This document shows positions 25,688-39,069 of a stretch of 64,000 bases of DNA, in pieces. Location of the stretch: NCBI GenBank assembly GCA_964016885.1, contig OZ024747.1, forward strand, positions 45,260,001 to 45,324,000, written 5' to 3'. The notes beneath the pieces are model-generated. The model saw only the letters and a list, made by a program, of their open reading frames with translations, did no database searches and was not told where the DNA came from. The stretch comes from Eledone cirrhosa. Its lineage: Eukaryota. The position numbers were made by a program, and so were the translations under genes. Every line of letters begins with the position of its first letter. The stretch's first letter is position 1.

Positions 25688-28070
25688 CAGAGGCGACGGA
25701 TGAGGTTTGTGGCTGGAGTAAGACCTCAAGCAGGAGGAGAGTGACTTGGTGGTGGAACAATAAGGTAGATGAAGCAGTCAAGGCCAAGAGACAGGCATGG
25801 AAAGAATGGAAGAACGGGGGGAGCAGGGTACATTACATAGAGACCAAGAGGGAAGCTAGGCGACAAGTATACTTAGCTAGGAGGGAAGCAGAGGATAGAA
25901 AATTCAAGCATGTTTTACAACGTGAGGACCAGAAACAGGAGGTATTCAAGATTGCGAGGCAGTGTGTCAGAGATAGTTGTGATGTCATTGGAGAGAAGTG
26001 TATCCAGAATGATAAAGGTGAGCTTGCCCTCACAAGTGCTGAGAAGAAAGATGCATGGAAGAGTCATTATGATAGATTACTAAATGAGGAGAATGCATGG
26101 GAAGAAGAGACCCTACCCCATGTAGACCCTATAGAGGGACCAGCAGTACAAGTCAGCGGCAGCATAGTAAGTAAGGCAATCAGAGATATGAAGATAGGGA
26201 AGGCAACCGGTCCATCGGGTATAGCTGCCGAGATGCTGAAGGCATCTGGGTCTGTAGGTCACACTATAACCACACGTATCGTTAACCAGGTAATACTAGA
26301 GGGGGGCCATACCAAAAGATTGGTGCAGTAGCATCATTGTCAACTGCTACAAAGGTAAAGGCGATGCACTAGATAGAGGAAACTATAGAGGTATAAAGTT
26401 GATGGACCAGGTCATGAAAGTAACAGAAAGAGTTATAGCACAGCTGATTAGGGACCGGGTGAATATAGACGAGATGCAATTTGGGTTTGTACCAGGGAAA
26501 GGCACCACTGATGCCCTCTTCCTTGTGAGGCAATTACAGGAAAAGTACCTAGCTAAAAGTAAGCCACTCTACTTGGCATTTGTCAACCTTGAGAAAGCCT
26601 TTGACAGAGTTCCACGTGCAGTAATCTGGTGGGCTCTTAGAAAACTAGGAGTAGATGAATGGCTTGTGAAAGCGGTACAAGCCATGTATAGGGGAGCAGT
26701 CAGCAAAGTTAGGATTAGCAATGAGTATAGCGAGGAATTTAGCGTACAGGTTGGGGTCCACCAGGGCTCTGTTCTTAGCCCTCTCCTGTTCATCATAGTC
26801 CTGCAGGCAATAACGGAGGAGTTTAAGACCGGATGCCCATGGGAACTCCTGTATGCTGATGACCTCGCACTCATAGCTGAATCTATGGTAGAACTAGAGA
26901 ATAAATTCCAAACCTGGAAGCAGGGACTAGAGAGAAAGGGCCTCAAAGTCAACATGACAAAGACTAAGGTCCTTGTAAGTAGACGAGAAAACAGAACCCA
27001 GATCCCCTCAGGGAAATGGCCTTGCTCAGTATGTAGGAAAGGTGTAGGTAGGAACTCCATTCTCTGCCCCAAATGCAAACAATGGGTACACAAGAGATGT
27101 AGCGGGATCTCAGGAAGCTTAATTAAGAATGTAGGATTCACATGCAACAGCTGTGCTGAAACAGCAAGCAAACAGCCACAGGAAACAAGTACCACCAATC
27201 TCTGGGAGGGCCCTGTAGAAACAGTAGACAGCTTCTGCTACCTAGGTGACCAAATTAGCAACGGAGGTGGGTGCTCAGAAAGTACAATAACTAGGGTAAG
27301 AACGGGATGGAAGAAGTTTAGGGAACTACTACCACTGCTAGCTGCAAAAGGCTTCTCCCTCAGAATGAAAGGCAGACTGTATGATGCGTGTATCCGAACA
27401 GCGATGTTGCATGGTAGTGAGACCTGGGCGCTGAAGGTGGAAGACTTACGTAGATTAGAGAGAAACGAAGCCTGCATGCTCCGATGGATGTGTAACAGTA
27501 ATATACGTGAACGACAAAGCATAAAGGAATTGAGAGAGAGACTGAGCATAAGAGGAATCAAATGCTGCGTGCAGGAGAGGCGGTTACGCTGGTATGGACA
27601 TGTGATGCGTATGAAGGATGACAGCTGCATAAAAAGGTGCAGAGCACTAGAAGCTGATGGAAACCGCGGAGTGGGGAGACCCAAGATGACTTGGGATGAG
27701 GTGATAAAAGCCGACCTTACCCAACTACACCTCTCAAAGTCAATGACACATGACCGTGACTTCTGGCGTCACGCAGTAATACGGGGTACCCGACCTCCCA
27801 TGGGTACATGCTGAAGCATATAAACAATATGCCCCCACTCCCCCCACCGCAAGGTGGTCGTGGAGGTGCCACGGCATAAAAGCACCCAGCACTCACTGTA
27901 AATGAGGTTGGTGTTAGGAAGGGCATCCAGCTGTAGAAATCAAGCCAGATCAGTTCCTGTATGAGCAAGGCATGGTCAGCCGACCAGACACTGCCCACAA
28001 CAGGACAACCCGTCTAACCCATGCTAGCGTGGAAGAACGGACGTAAAACGGTGATGATGATGATGATGAT
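25688..28070 (+). mobile_element. RTE-clade LINE (subfamily A), 5'-truncated
   Basis: RT motifs (NYRGI, QFGF, AFDRV, GVHQGSVLSPLLF, YADD), [15 protein letters not shown], 3' UTR and (GAT)n tail. One frameshift in a G-run near 26300. Confidence 0.95.
26399..27814 (+). pseudogene. RTE ORF2: reverse transcriptase, PHD-like finger, C-terminal region
   Basis: 471 aa ORF. Continues from 25741..26331 across the frameshift. Confidence 0.9.
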
Positions 28071-28243
28071 ATATATAAATATATATATGTACATATATAT
28101 AAATATATATATGTACATATATATATATACATATATATAAATATATATATGTACATATATATAAATATATATATGTACATATATATATATATACATATAT
28201 ATAAATATATATATGTACATATATATAAATATATATATGTACA

Positions 28244-28295
<52 letters not shown>

Positions 28296-28314
28296 CAAAT
28301 ATATATATACAAAT

Positions 28315-28345
<31 letters not shown>

Positions 28346-28534
28346 CAAATATATATATATATATGTACGTACAAACATATATATATATATATATATATGT
28401 ACGTACATATATATATATATATATATATACATATGTATGTACATATATATATATATATATATATACGTACATACATATGTATATATATATATATACATAT
28501 GTATGTACATATATATATATATATATATATATAC

Positions 28535-28589
<55 letters not shown>

Positions 28590-28683
28590 TATGTACATAC
28601 ATATGTATATATATATATATAGATACGTACAAATATATATATATATATATAATGTACGTACATATATATACATATGTATGTAC

Positions 28684-28723
<40 letters not shown>

Positions 28724-29117
28724 GTATGTACACATATATATACATATGTATACTATATATATATACACATATACATATATATTTATACATATATATATAT
28801 ATGTATACTATATATATATACATATATACATATATATTTATACATATATATATATTTATACATATATAGATATTAATACATATATATATATTTATACCTA
28901 TATATATATTTATACATATATATATATGTACATATTTATATATATTTATATATATATATATGTACATATTTATGTATATTTATATATATATATATATATA
29001 TGTACATATTTATATATATTTATATATATATATACATATTTATATATATTTATATATATATGCAAGCGTGGAACATGGACGTTAAACGATGATGGTGTAC
29101 ATATATATATATATATA

Positions 29118-29187
<70 letters not shown>

Positions 29188-29188
29188 C

Positions 29189-29235
<47 letters not shown>

Positions 29236-29254
29236 TTATATATATATATATGTA

Positions 29255-29290
<36 letters not shown>

Positions 29291-29308
29291 TATATATATA
29301 TATATGTA

Positions 29309-29350
<42 letters not shown>

Positions 29351-29394
29351 TATATATACATATATATAATATATATATATCTATCTATATATAC

Positions 29395-29426
<32 letters not shown>

Positions 29427-30339
29427 GTACACATACATATATATAAATATATAAATATATATATGTACATATATATATATTTATATATATATATGTATGC
29501 ACATATATATATATATTTATATATATATATGTATGTACATATATAAATATATATGTACATATATATATATATTTATATATATATGTATGTACATATATAT
29601 ATAAATATATATTTATAATCATCTGTTTTTCCATGCTTTTATATATATATATATGAGTGTGTGTGTATTAGAAAATAGAAATTCAGTGAGAGAGAGAACG
29701 GCAAAGTGGGGAAAATGTGAAAGGCAAAGAGAAAAAGTGTGGTTTAGTCTTCAATTAGATAAACATTAGTCAGATGAATATACTTGTTTCATCATATTCA
29801 AAGTTATTAGTTTTCTTCTAAAGTTGTTGCTGAAAATTTCTTTAAAACTTTTTAGTTAAGTCATTTCAAAAAGTTTTAAAGGTGAAACAATATATTAGTT
29901 GTAGAAATCTTTGTGCTAAAAGATGAGTTTCTAGTGAAATCTATTTATGTTTTGTTTGTACATTTCAAAGTATATTGAAATCAATAACAAAACAAAAAAA
30001 ACATGATAAAACTGTTGCAAAACTGTCATAACATGAAATATAGTTTAAAGCAACACAGACACAAATTTTATTCCAAAGACAAGGAAAATATATAATAACA
30101 AAATATACACCCACAAAAAAAAATAAAATAAAAGCCAATTCTTTGACACAGCTTTGTAATAGCTAAAACAACACAAGAGACATCTTTGGTCAGAGGACAC
30201 AGTAATAAATGTCATGATATAGATTCAAAGCCAATATACAAAAGACATTCAGTTCTTCTCATAAAAGAGTGTTCTTGCCAAGATTTTATGCTCCACTGAA
30301 GTGCTTTGCAACGACTGACCAACATGAAGGTAAACTAAT

Positions 30340-30400
<61 letters not shown>

Positions 30401-30418
30401 AATATTTATATATATATT

Positions 30419-30486
<68 letters not shown>

Positions 30487-30500
30487 AATATTTATATATT

Positions 30501-30562
<62 letters not shown>

Positions 30563-31185
30563 AATATTTATATATTCACATATATATATATATATATATA
30601 TAGTAAAACATCAACAACAATAATGATAATAATAACAACAACGACAATAATTTATATATTTGATATGCTTTTAGGTATGAGTTCCATATTTCTAGAGAGT
30701 AGAGTCAATTTCAGAAAGCTTTGAAATGATGTCTTCATTTCTAATTTTATTTTTCAATCTGTGACCCTACTGGACATCAAATACGAGCAGGTCCTTAAGT
30801 TCAGATAAATTCATACAAGACTTCACTGCTGAAGAATATAATTCAAACATCAAACAACTATTTCTTTCTTTTTTTTATGTTATATGACTATAATACAATA
30901 GAAGGGACTGAATACATAACTAGTTGCTAGATGCTTGGTTAGTTGTAATTTTAAAATGTATATATAAAAGTATTTTTTGCTTTAACTACTACTACCACCA
31001 CCACCTTCACTACTACTACTATCACCACTATCACTAGCACCACCACCCTCAGTGCTGCTGCTACTACTACTTCTACTACTTACACAGTTTGCTAAGTATA
31101 CTTTATCAATACATATGTGTATATAGTTCATACATTGTATACTTTATATATACATACATATATATAATTTATATTTTGTGTACAT

Positions 31186-31244
<59 letters not shown>

Positions 31245-33495
31245 TTTGTATACTTTATATATATATATACATATATACATATATACACTTTGTATACTTT
31301 ATATATATATATACATATATACATATACATATATATATATACATATATATATAAATATACATATATATATACATATATACATATATATACATATATATAT
31401 ATATATATACATATATATATACATATATATATATACATATACATATATATATACATATATATATATACATATATATACATATACATATATATACATATAT
31501 ATATACATATACATATATATATATATACATATATATATATATTTATTAAAATAACAGATTAAAGTTTAAGCAAAGAATCGCTTATATATATATATACATA
31601 TATATATATACATATATATATATACATATACATATATATATATACATATATATATATACATATATATATATACATATATATATATACATATACATATATA
31701 TATACATATATATATATACATATACATATATATATACATATATATATATATATACATATATATACATATATATATACATATATATATATATATAACACTT
31801 TATAAATACATACACATATATATATATATACTTTGCATACTTTATATATATAAATGGCCATGCATACAAATCTCTCACTATATAATATCACAAACATATA
31901 CACACTTGAAAGTATCTTTTGAAAATCATTTCTTAATTCTTGTTTTGATTAGCGCCCCCACCATGCCCAAACACACACAAAATAAAAGAAATTACAAGAG
32001 TTTTTGTATGTGCTATGAAGGATGTATTAAAGTTTTAGTAGTGTAAAAGTTGCTGATAGCATTTTCTTATTCTAAAATAGAAAGCATAGATATATATTTT
32101 TTGCCAGTGTTCTTGAAACTCAATTTGCAAAAGGCATGCCAGATCAGTATGCAGAAAACTTGGTTCTGCTGATAAGATTTTTATCATTTTTTTTAATATA
32201 GGATTTAATGCAAGATACAATACATGAGGAAAGATTTAAAAAGGAAAAAGAACAAAAAATTGTAAATGAGAAAATGGTTTTTCTCACATTATTGTATATT
32301 ATATTCAATGAATTTTCATTATTTAGGAAGAAACCTCAATAATTTGATTTCAAAAACTGATCACAGTTACAGGATATATTTGGTAGACACACATATAAAT
32401 GTATATAGATACACACATATAAATGTATATAGATACACACATATGTATAAGTGCATAATTACACACATACACTCACACACATAAATGTATGTTTATGTGT
32501 GTGTATATATATATATATATATAAGTAATGATGGTGATTATGACAATGACAATGATAATAACATTGAGGAAGATAATAACAATGATGATGATGAAAGGAA
32601 TATACATAATTATAATAATGACTCTGAAAATGATGATGTTCATGATGATGTTCATGATGGGAATCATGATAATGAGGATGTGAATGAAGATAATGTTGCT
32701 GATGATGTTGAGGAGTAGGAGGAAGAAAGTGATTAGGATGATGATGATAGAGAACAGTGTCGGGGGGGGGGGGGGTATGGAGGCAAGAATGAAGCCGAAA
32801 TGATTCCAAAATGAAGAAGAGGAAACGAACATATAAACGAAAGAAAAAAAAAAAATCCTTTAGTTTTCTTTCTATTGTTCAACAATTTTTTCGTCTATTT
32901 TCATCGCTGTCTTTTGGTTAGATTGTTTATTATTTTGTATGTGAATGTGATTTTCATTTTATTTATTTTCTATAATATTTTTATATTTCATTTATTTATT
33001 TATTATTATTATTATATTTTCTTTTTACAAAATTGTCATTTTTACAGATAGGAAGATATAGTTTTATGAGCTGATGCTGAAAAAGGTATTGAAATTAAAG
33101 AAAGCAAGAATATTTAGCTTAGCTTCCTAAAATCCTTCTGATGTAAATCCTTTCAGATTTTTATTGTTATATCTTTAGACAAGACTGATTACTATCTATA
33201 TGTGTTTCCATATAATCATGCAACTACAATGATACTAGAAAAAAAAGAAAAAAAAAGAAGAAAAAAAAGAAAAAAAAAGAAGAAAAATTGATAAGAACTG
33301 CTAATAACAGACAAATTACCAAATTGTTATCACAATAATAACAACAACAATATTAATAATATTAATAAAAAGCATCAATATCTGTGATTCACAATGATTT
33401 AAAAATAACAATTCATAAATGATATTTTATAAAACATATTCAAGAAAACTTCCCTGCAATATATTTATTTCAATACGTATCTCTCTCTCTCTCTG

Positions 33496-33527
<32 letters not shown>

Positions 33528-33616
33528 ATATATATAGATGATGATGATTATATATATGCTTGCAAAGAAAATTAATGTCAAATGATGATGCTGATACAAA
33601 CATATACATACATATA

Positions 33617-33684
<68 letters not shown>

Positions 33685-33690
<6 letters not shown>

Positions 33691-34395
33691 GTGTGTGTAT
33701 GTAGTTACATATGTATGTATATATATACATATGTGTGTGTGTGTGTATGTAGTTACATATGTATGTATGTATATACATATGTATGTATGTATATATATAC
33801 ATATGTGTGTGTGTGTGTGTGTGTAATTACATATGTATGTATGTATATATATACATGTGTGTGTGTGTGTGTGTGTATGTAGTTACATATGTATGTATGT
33901 ATATATATACATATGTGTGTGTGTGTGTGTATGTAATTACATATGTATGTATGTATATATATACATATGTGTGTGTGTGTGTAATTACATATGTATGTAT
34001 GTATATATATACATGTGTGTGTGTGTGTGTGTGTATGTAGTTACATATGTATGTATGTATATATATACATATGTGTGTGTGTATGTAATTACATATGTAT
34101 GTATGTATATATATACATATGTGTGTGTGTGTGTGTGTATGTAATTACATATGTATGTATATATATATATATACATATGTGTGTGTGTGTGTGTGTGTAT
34201 GTAGTTACATATGTATGTATGTATATATATACATATGTGGTTGTGTGTGTATGTAGTTACATATGTATGTATGTATATATATACATATGTGGTTGTGTGT
34301 GTGTGTGTATGTAGTTACATATGTATGTATGTATATATATACATATGTGTGTGTGTGTGTATGTAGTTACATATGTATGTATGTATATATATATA
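33685..34395. repeat. Compound minisatellite (GT)n-ATGTA(G/A)TTACATATGTATGTATG(TA)nCAT
   Basis: About 13 units of ~50 bp, read directly. Confidence 0.92.
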
Positions 34396-34944
34396 TACAT
34401 ATATATATATGTATGTATATAAAGATATATGCATACATACACACACACAACCACACATACATATGTATGTATAGAATTTCCATTGATTCAAACTAAGGGA
34501 CACTGCTAGAAAGTTGGAGGCAATGATGATTGATTTGCATACTTTCTCTATCTTTCAGGTATTTCAAGAAAGAGAGAGAACACAAAGATGAATGATATGA
34601 AAAACATTTCATATCAAATGAATAACAAAAAATACAAACCATTCCAGCCCTGGCAACCACACCTCACCCCCTAAAAAGTAATAAATAAAAAATGAAATAA
34701 AACCATTTATATCTATATGTCTCCTTGTCAGTGGAAAAATATACTCATAGGATGATGATGATAGAGAACAGTGTCGGGAGGGGGGGGGGGGCAATGGAGG
34801 CAAGACAGAAGCCGAAATGATTCCAAAATGAAGAAGAGGAAACGAACATATATACTCATAGGGTTGGGTGATCAGGAGTGGCCCATTAAAGTGGACATCA
34901 AAATTGGTGATACAGTAGTATGAAACCAAACACACTTACACATG

Positions 34945-35016
<72 letters not shown>

Positions 35017-35095
35017 GTGTTTGTGCATACATACATGTATTCATATGTATTCTCTCTCTATATACAGATACATATATAGATAGATATACACACAA

Positions 35096-35126
<31 letters not shown>

Positions 35127-35197
35127 GGTATATGTATAAAAATACAAAAATGTGTGTATATATGTGTCTCTCTCTCTCTGTATATATATATATATAT

Positions 35198-36120
35198 ATG
35201 TAGACTTCACATGTAGCAACAGTGCTGGGACAGCAAGCAGCAAACAACCACGGGAAACAAGCACCACCAAACTCTGGGAGGGCTATGTAGAAACAGTAGA
35301 CAGCTTCTGCTACCTAGGTGACCAAATTAGCAGCGGAGGTGGTTGTTCGGAAAGTACAATAACTAGAGTAAGAACAGGATGGAAGAAGTTCAGGGAGCTA
35401 CTGCCACTGCTAGTTGCAAAAAGCTTTTCTCTCAAAATGAAAGGCAGACTGTATGATGCGTGTATACGAACAGCAATGTTACATGGTAGTGAGACCTGGG
35501 CACTGTCTGTGGAAGACTTGCGTAGATTAGAAAGAAACAAAGCCTGCATGCTCCGGCAAAGCATAAACGAATTGAGAGAGAGACTGAGAATAAGAGGAAT
35601 CAAATGCTGTGTGCAGTAGAGGTGGTTGTGTTGGTATGGACATGTGATGCGTATGAAGGATGACAGATGCATAAAAAGGTGCAGAGCACAAGAAGTCGAT
35701 GGAAGCTGCGGAGTGGGGAGACGCAGGAAGACCTGGGATGAGGTGATAAAAGCCAACCTTAACCAATTACACCTCTCAAAGCCAATGACACACGACCGTG
35801 ACCTCTGGCATCACGCAGTAATACAGAAGACCCGACATCCCATGGGTACAAGTCAAAGCTGAAGCATATAGACAATATGCCCCCACCCCTTCCACTGCAA
35901 AGTGGTTGTGGAGGTGCCATGGAAAAAAGCACCCAGCACCCAATGTAAATGAGGTTGCTGTTAGGAAGGGCATCCAGCTGTAGAAATCAAGCCAGAATTA
36001 GTTCCCGTATGAGCAAGGCATGGTCACCTGACCGGACACGGCCCACAACAGGACAACTCGTCTAACCCATGTTAGCGTTGAAGAACGGACGTAAAACGGT
36101 GATGATGATGATGATGATGA
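35198..36120 (+). mobile_element. RTE LINE 3' fragment (subfamily A)
   Basis: FCYLGDQI...MLHGSETW...KTWDEVI, with an internal deletion, a stop and a (GAT)n tail. Confidence 0.9.
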
Positions 36121-36386
36121 GCAATATCTGGTAGGTTCCAAAAGATAAATGGTAGATGTGTAATCACATTGAATAGGTAGAGTCATGAAACATGGTATCT
36201 GCATAGAGTGGAACCATGTTAGAGATTTGATAGCCTAACGAGAGGAAGATTTTCTACCACTAAATTCACTAATGGCTACTTTCTTAAGATATAATGTATA
36301 ATTCTTGGATATCAAATAAAGCATGCCACTAGAAATCTGTGTTTGTGTAGATATACACTTCTTTAGATGTAAATGTGTATATAAAT

Positions 36387-37510
36387 ATCATCATCATCAT
36401 CATCATTTTACGTGCGCTTTTCCCTGCTTGCAAGGGTGGGACGGGAACTGATTCTGGTTTGATTTCTACAGCTGGATGCCCTTCCTAACACCAACCTCAT
36501 TTACAGTGAGTGCTGGGTGCTTTTTTTCCATGGCGCGTCCACTTTGCAGTGAGTGCTGGGTGCTTTTTTTCCATGGCACCTACATGTCCACTTTGCAGTG
36601 TGGGCTGGGTGCTTTTTTTCCGTGGCACCTCCACGTCCACTTTACAGTGAGTGCTGGGTGCTTTTTTTCCGTGGCACCTCCACGTCCACTTTACAGTGAG
36701 TGCTGGGTGCTTTTTTTCCATGGCACCTCCACGTCCACTTTGCATAGTGGGCTGGGTGCTTTTTTTCCGTGGCACCTCCACGTCCACTTTACAGTGAGTG
36801 CTGGGTGCTTTTTTTCCGTGGCACCTCCACGTCCACTTTACAGTGAGTGCTGGGTGCTTTTTTTCCGTGGCACCTCCACGTCCACTTTGCAGTGTGGGCT
36901 GGGTGCTTTTTTTCCGTGGCACCTCCACGTCCACTTTACAGTGAGTGCTGGGTGCTTTTTTTCCGTGGCACCTCCACGTCCACTTTGCAGTGTGGGCTGG
37001 GTGCTTTTTTTCCGTGGCACCTCCACGTCCACTTTACAGTGAGTGCTGGGTGCTTTTTTTCCGTGGCACCTCCACGTCCACTTTGCAGTGTGGGCTGGGT
37101 GCTTTTTTTCCGTGGCACCTCCACGTCCACTTTACAGTGAGTGCTGGGTGCTTTTTTTCCGTGGCACCTCCACGTCCACTTTGCATAGTGGGCTGGGTGC
37201 TTTTTTTCCGTGGCACCTCCACGTCCACTTTACAGTGAGTGCTGGGTGCTTTTTTTCCGTGGCACCTCCACGTCCACTTTGCAGTGTGGGCTGGGTGCTT
37301 TTTTTCCGTGGCACCTCAACGTCCACTTTACAGTGAGTGCTGGGTGCTTTTTTTCCATGGCACCTCCACAACCACTTTGCAGTGGAATGATAGGGAACCC
37401 AGTCCCTATCATCTCATTTCTACAGCTGATTAAACTGGAGCAATGTGAAATAAAGTGTCTTGCTCAAGGAAACAACACATCACCCGGTCTGAGAATTGAA
37501 CTCACAACCT
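36387..37510 (-). mobile_element. SINE family B containing an expanded 49-bp tandem array
   Basis: Tail at 36387-36500, array at ~36503-37385, CORE-like box at 37440-37480, head cut by (TA)n. Confidence 0.88.
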
Positions 37511-37984
37511 ATATATATATATATATATATATATTATCACTAGCGGTGGGGATGGAGTGGTTGCTATGTGTGAAGCAGACGCATGTATAGCATTGCCATC
37601 TGCATGTGCAGATATTTCTTTACAAGTCCTGCCTACTATGGTAGAGGAGTGACATGTGCAGACTTGACAAATTAGAAGCACATAGTCACAAATTTACATG
37701 AGGGTGGCTCAAGTTATCCTAACATTGCTGCACTCTTGACCTGAATAGCAACATGCTTCGACAGAGTCTCAACTGTCTGAGCAGCCCTTTTTGGGGGATG
37801 CACTGCTCACCCCTATCACATGGGAAGTGTCTAGAATATGTGACCTTAACAAAGTCTGTTCAGTCATCAAAATGGCCAGCAGCCAGAATTTTGCAGTAGT
37901 TCATAATAGCATGGAATTTGTTGAAGTGATTGTTGTCTTCTCTAAAAAAAGTAGCAGTTGTCGTATATATATTTCAGGGACTTG

Positions 37985-38946
37985 ACTCCTCCTTCCCCCC
38001 GTTTGACCTGTGCGAAATTTTTCCTTGCTCACATTTCGACCAGGTTTGATGGTCTTTATTCTCTCTCGTTCACGATTTCACAGAACTTATGTTCATCGAT
38101 TTCAGGGACCTGATTACTTCTTCCTCACTTTTCATTGCATTACCATCTTTGATTGTTTACAGTCTCGCTCGTTCTCCTTATTTATGTGTCCCAACGACTT
38201 TCTTTAGCCGTTGCTCTCAACAACCGGAGGTATATGGTCTTTCAAGCGATGAAATACCAGTGAAGGTTGGCAGATCACTGATGAAGGACTAAATTTATTC
38301 ATATGTAACCCATTTGCAACCATGCAGCACGCCATGTTTTCATATTCATATATATATATTTTCCTCCGCTGTGACCCGTCTGTTTCTTTCTTACCGCTTC
38401 CTCTTTCTCAGTATCTCTCACTTCTCTTTATCCCCTCTAACAGTCACACTCTCTGTTAGCCTCTTCCTCACCTTTCACCCACTGACTCTGTGCTACTCCC
38501 TCTCCCACTTCATCCTGTTTGACCTGTGCGAAATTCTTTTCTCACGCACACTTTGACCAGGTCGGTTGTTCTTTATTCTCTCTCGTCTACGATTTCACAG
38601 AACATATGTTCACAGAATTCAGGGACCAGACTCCTTCTTCCTCCCGTTTGACTTGTGCGAAATTCTTTCCTTGCTCACATTTCGACTAGGTTTGATGGTC
38701 TTTATTCTCTCTCATTCACGATTTCACAGAACTTATATTCATCGATTTCTGGGACTTGACTCCTTCTTCCTCACTTTTCTTTGCATTACCTTCTTTGATT
38801 GTTTACAGTCTCGCTCATTACCCCTATTTACGTGTCCCAACGACCTTATTTAGCCATTGCTCACACCAACCGGAGGTATATTGTCTTTAAAGTGATGAAA
38901 TACCAATGAAGGTTGGAAGATCACTGATGAAGGAGTAAATTTATTC

Positions 38947-38950
<4 letters not shown>
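37985..38950. repeat. Diverged partial tandem duplication of an unclassified element
   Basis: 37985-38305 resembles 38630-38950, with a partial copy at 38515-38640. The end at 38300-38350 resembles the 80 bp pieces at 21241 and 56390. Confidence 0.75.
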
Positions 38951-38977
<27 letters not shown>

Positions 38978-38997
38978 TGTTTATATGTGTATATATT

Positions 38998-39066
<69 letters not shown>

Positions 39067-39069
39067 GTA

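Noticed and set aside
32485-32720. Acidic D/N/E-rich ORF
   Set aside because: Degenerate (GAT/AAT)n microsatellite with an in-frame stop and no splice or homology support.
36503-37385. CRISPR-like regular array, and ORFs 36476..37433
   Set aside because: Contiguous 49 bp units without unique spacers, no cas genes, eukaryotic context. The ORFs are repeat translations.
38278-38310. CTGATGAAGG motif (also ~38924, 13, 3954 minus, 12766, 60493)
   Set aside because: No properly placed GAAA, stem III and NUH combination, so not called as ribozymes.
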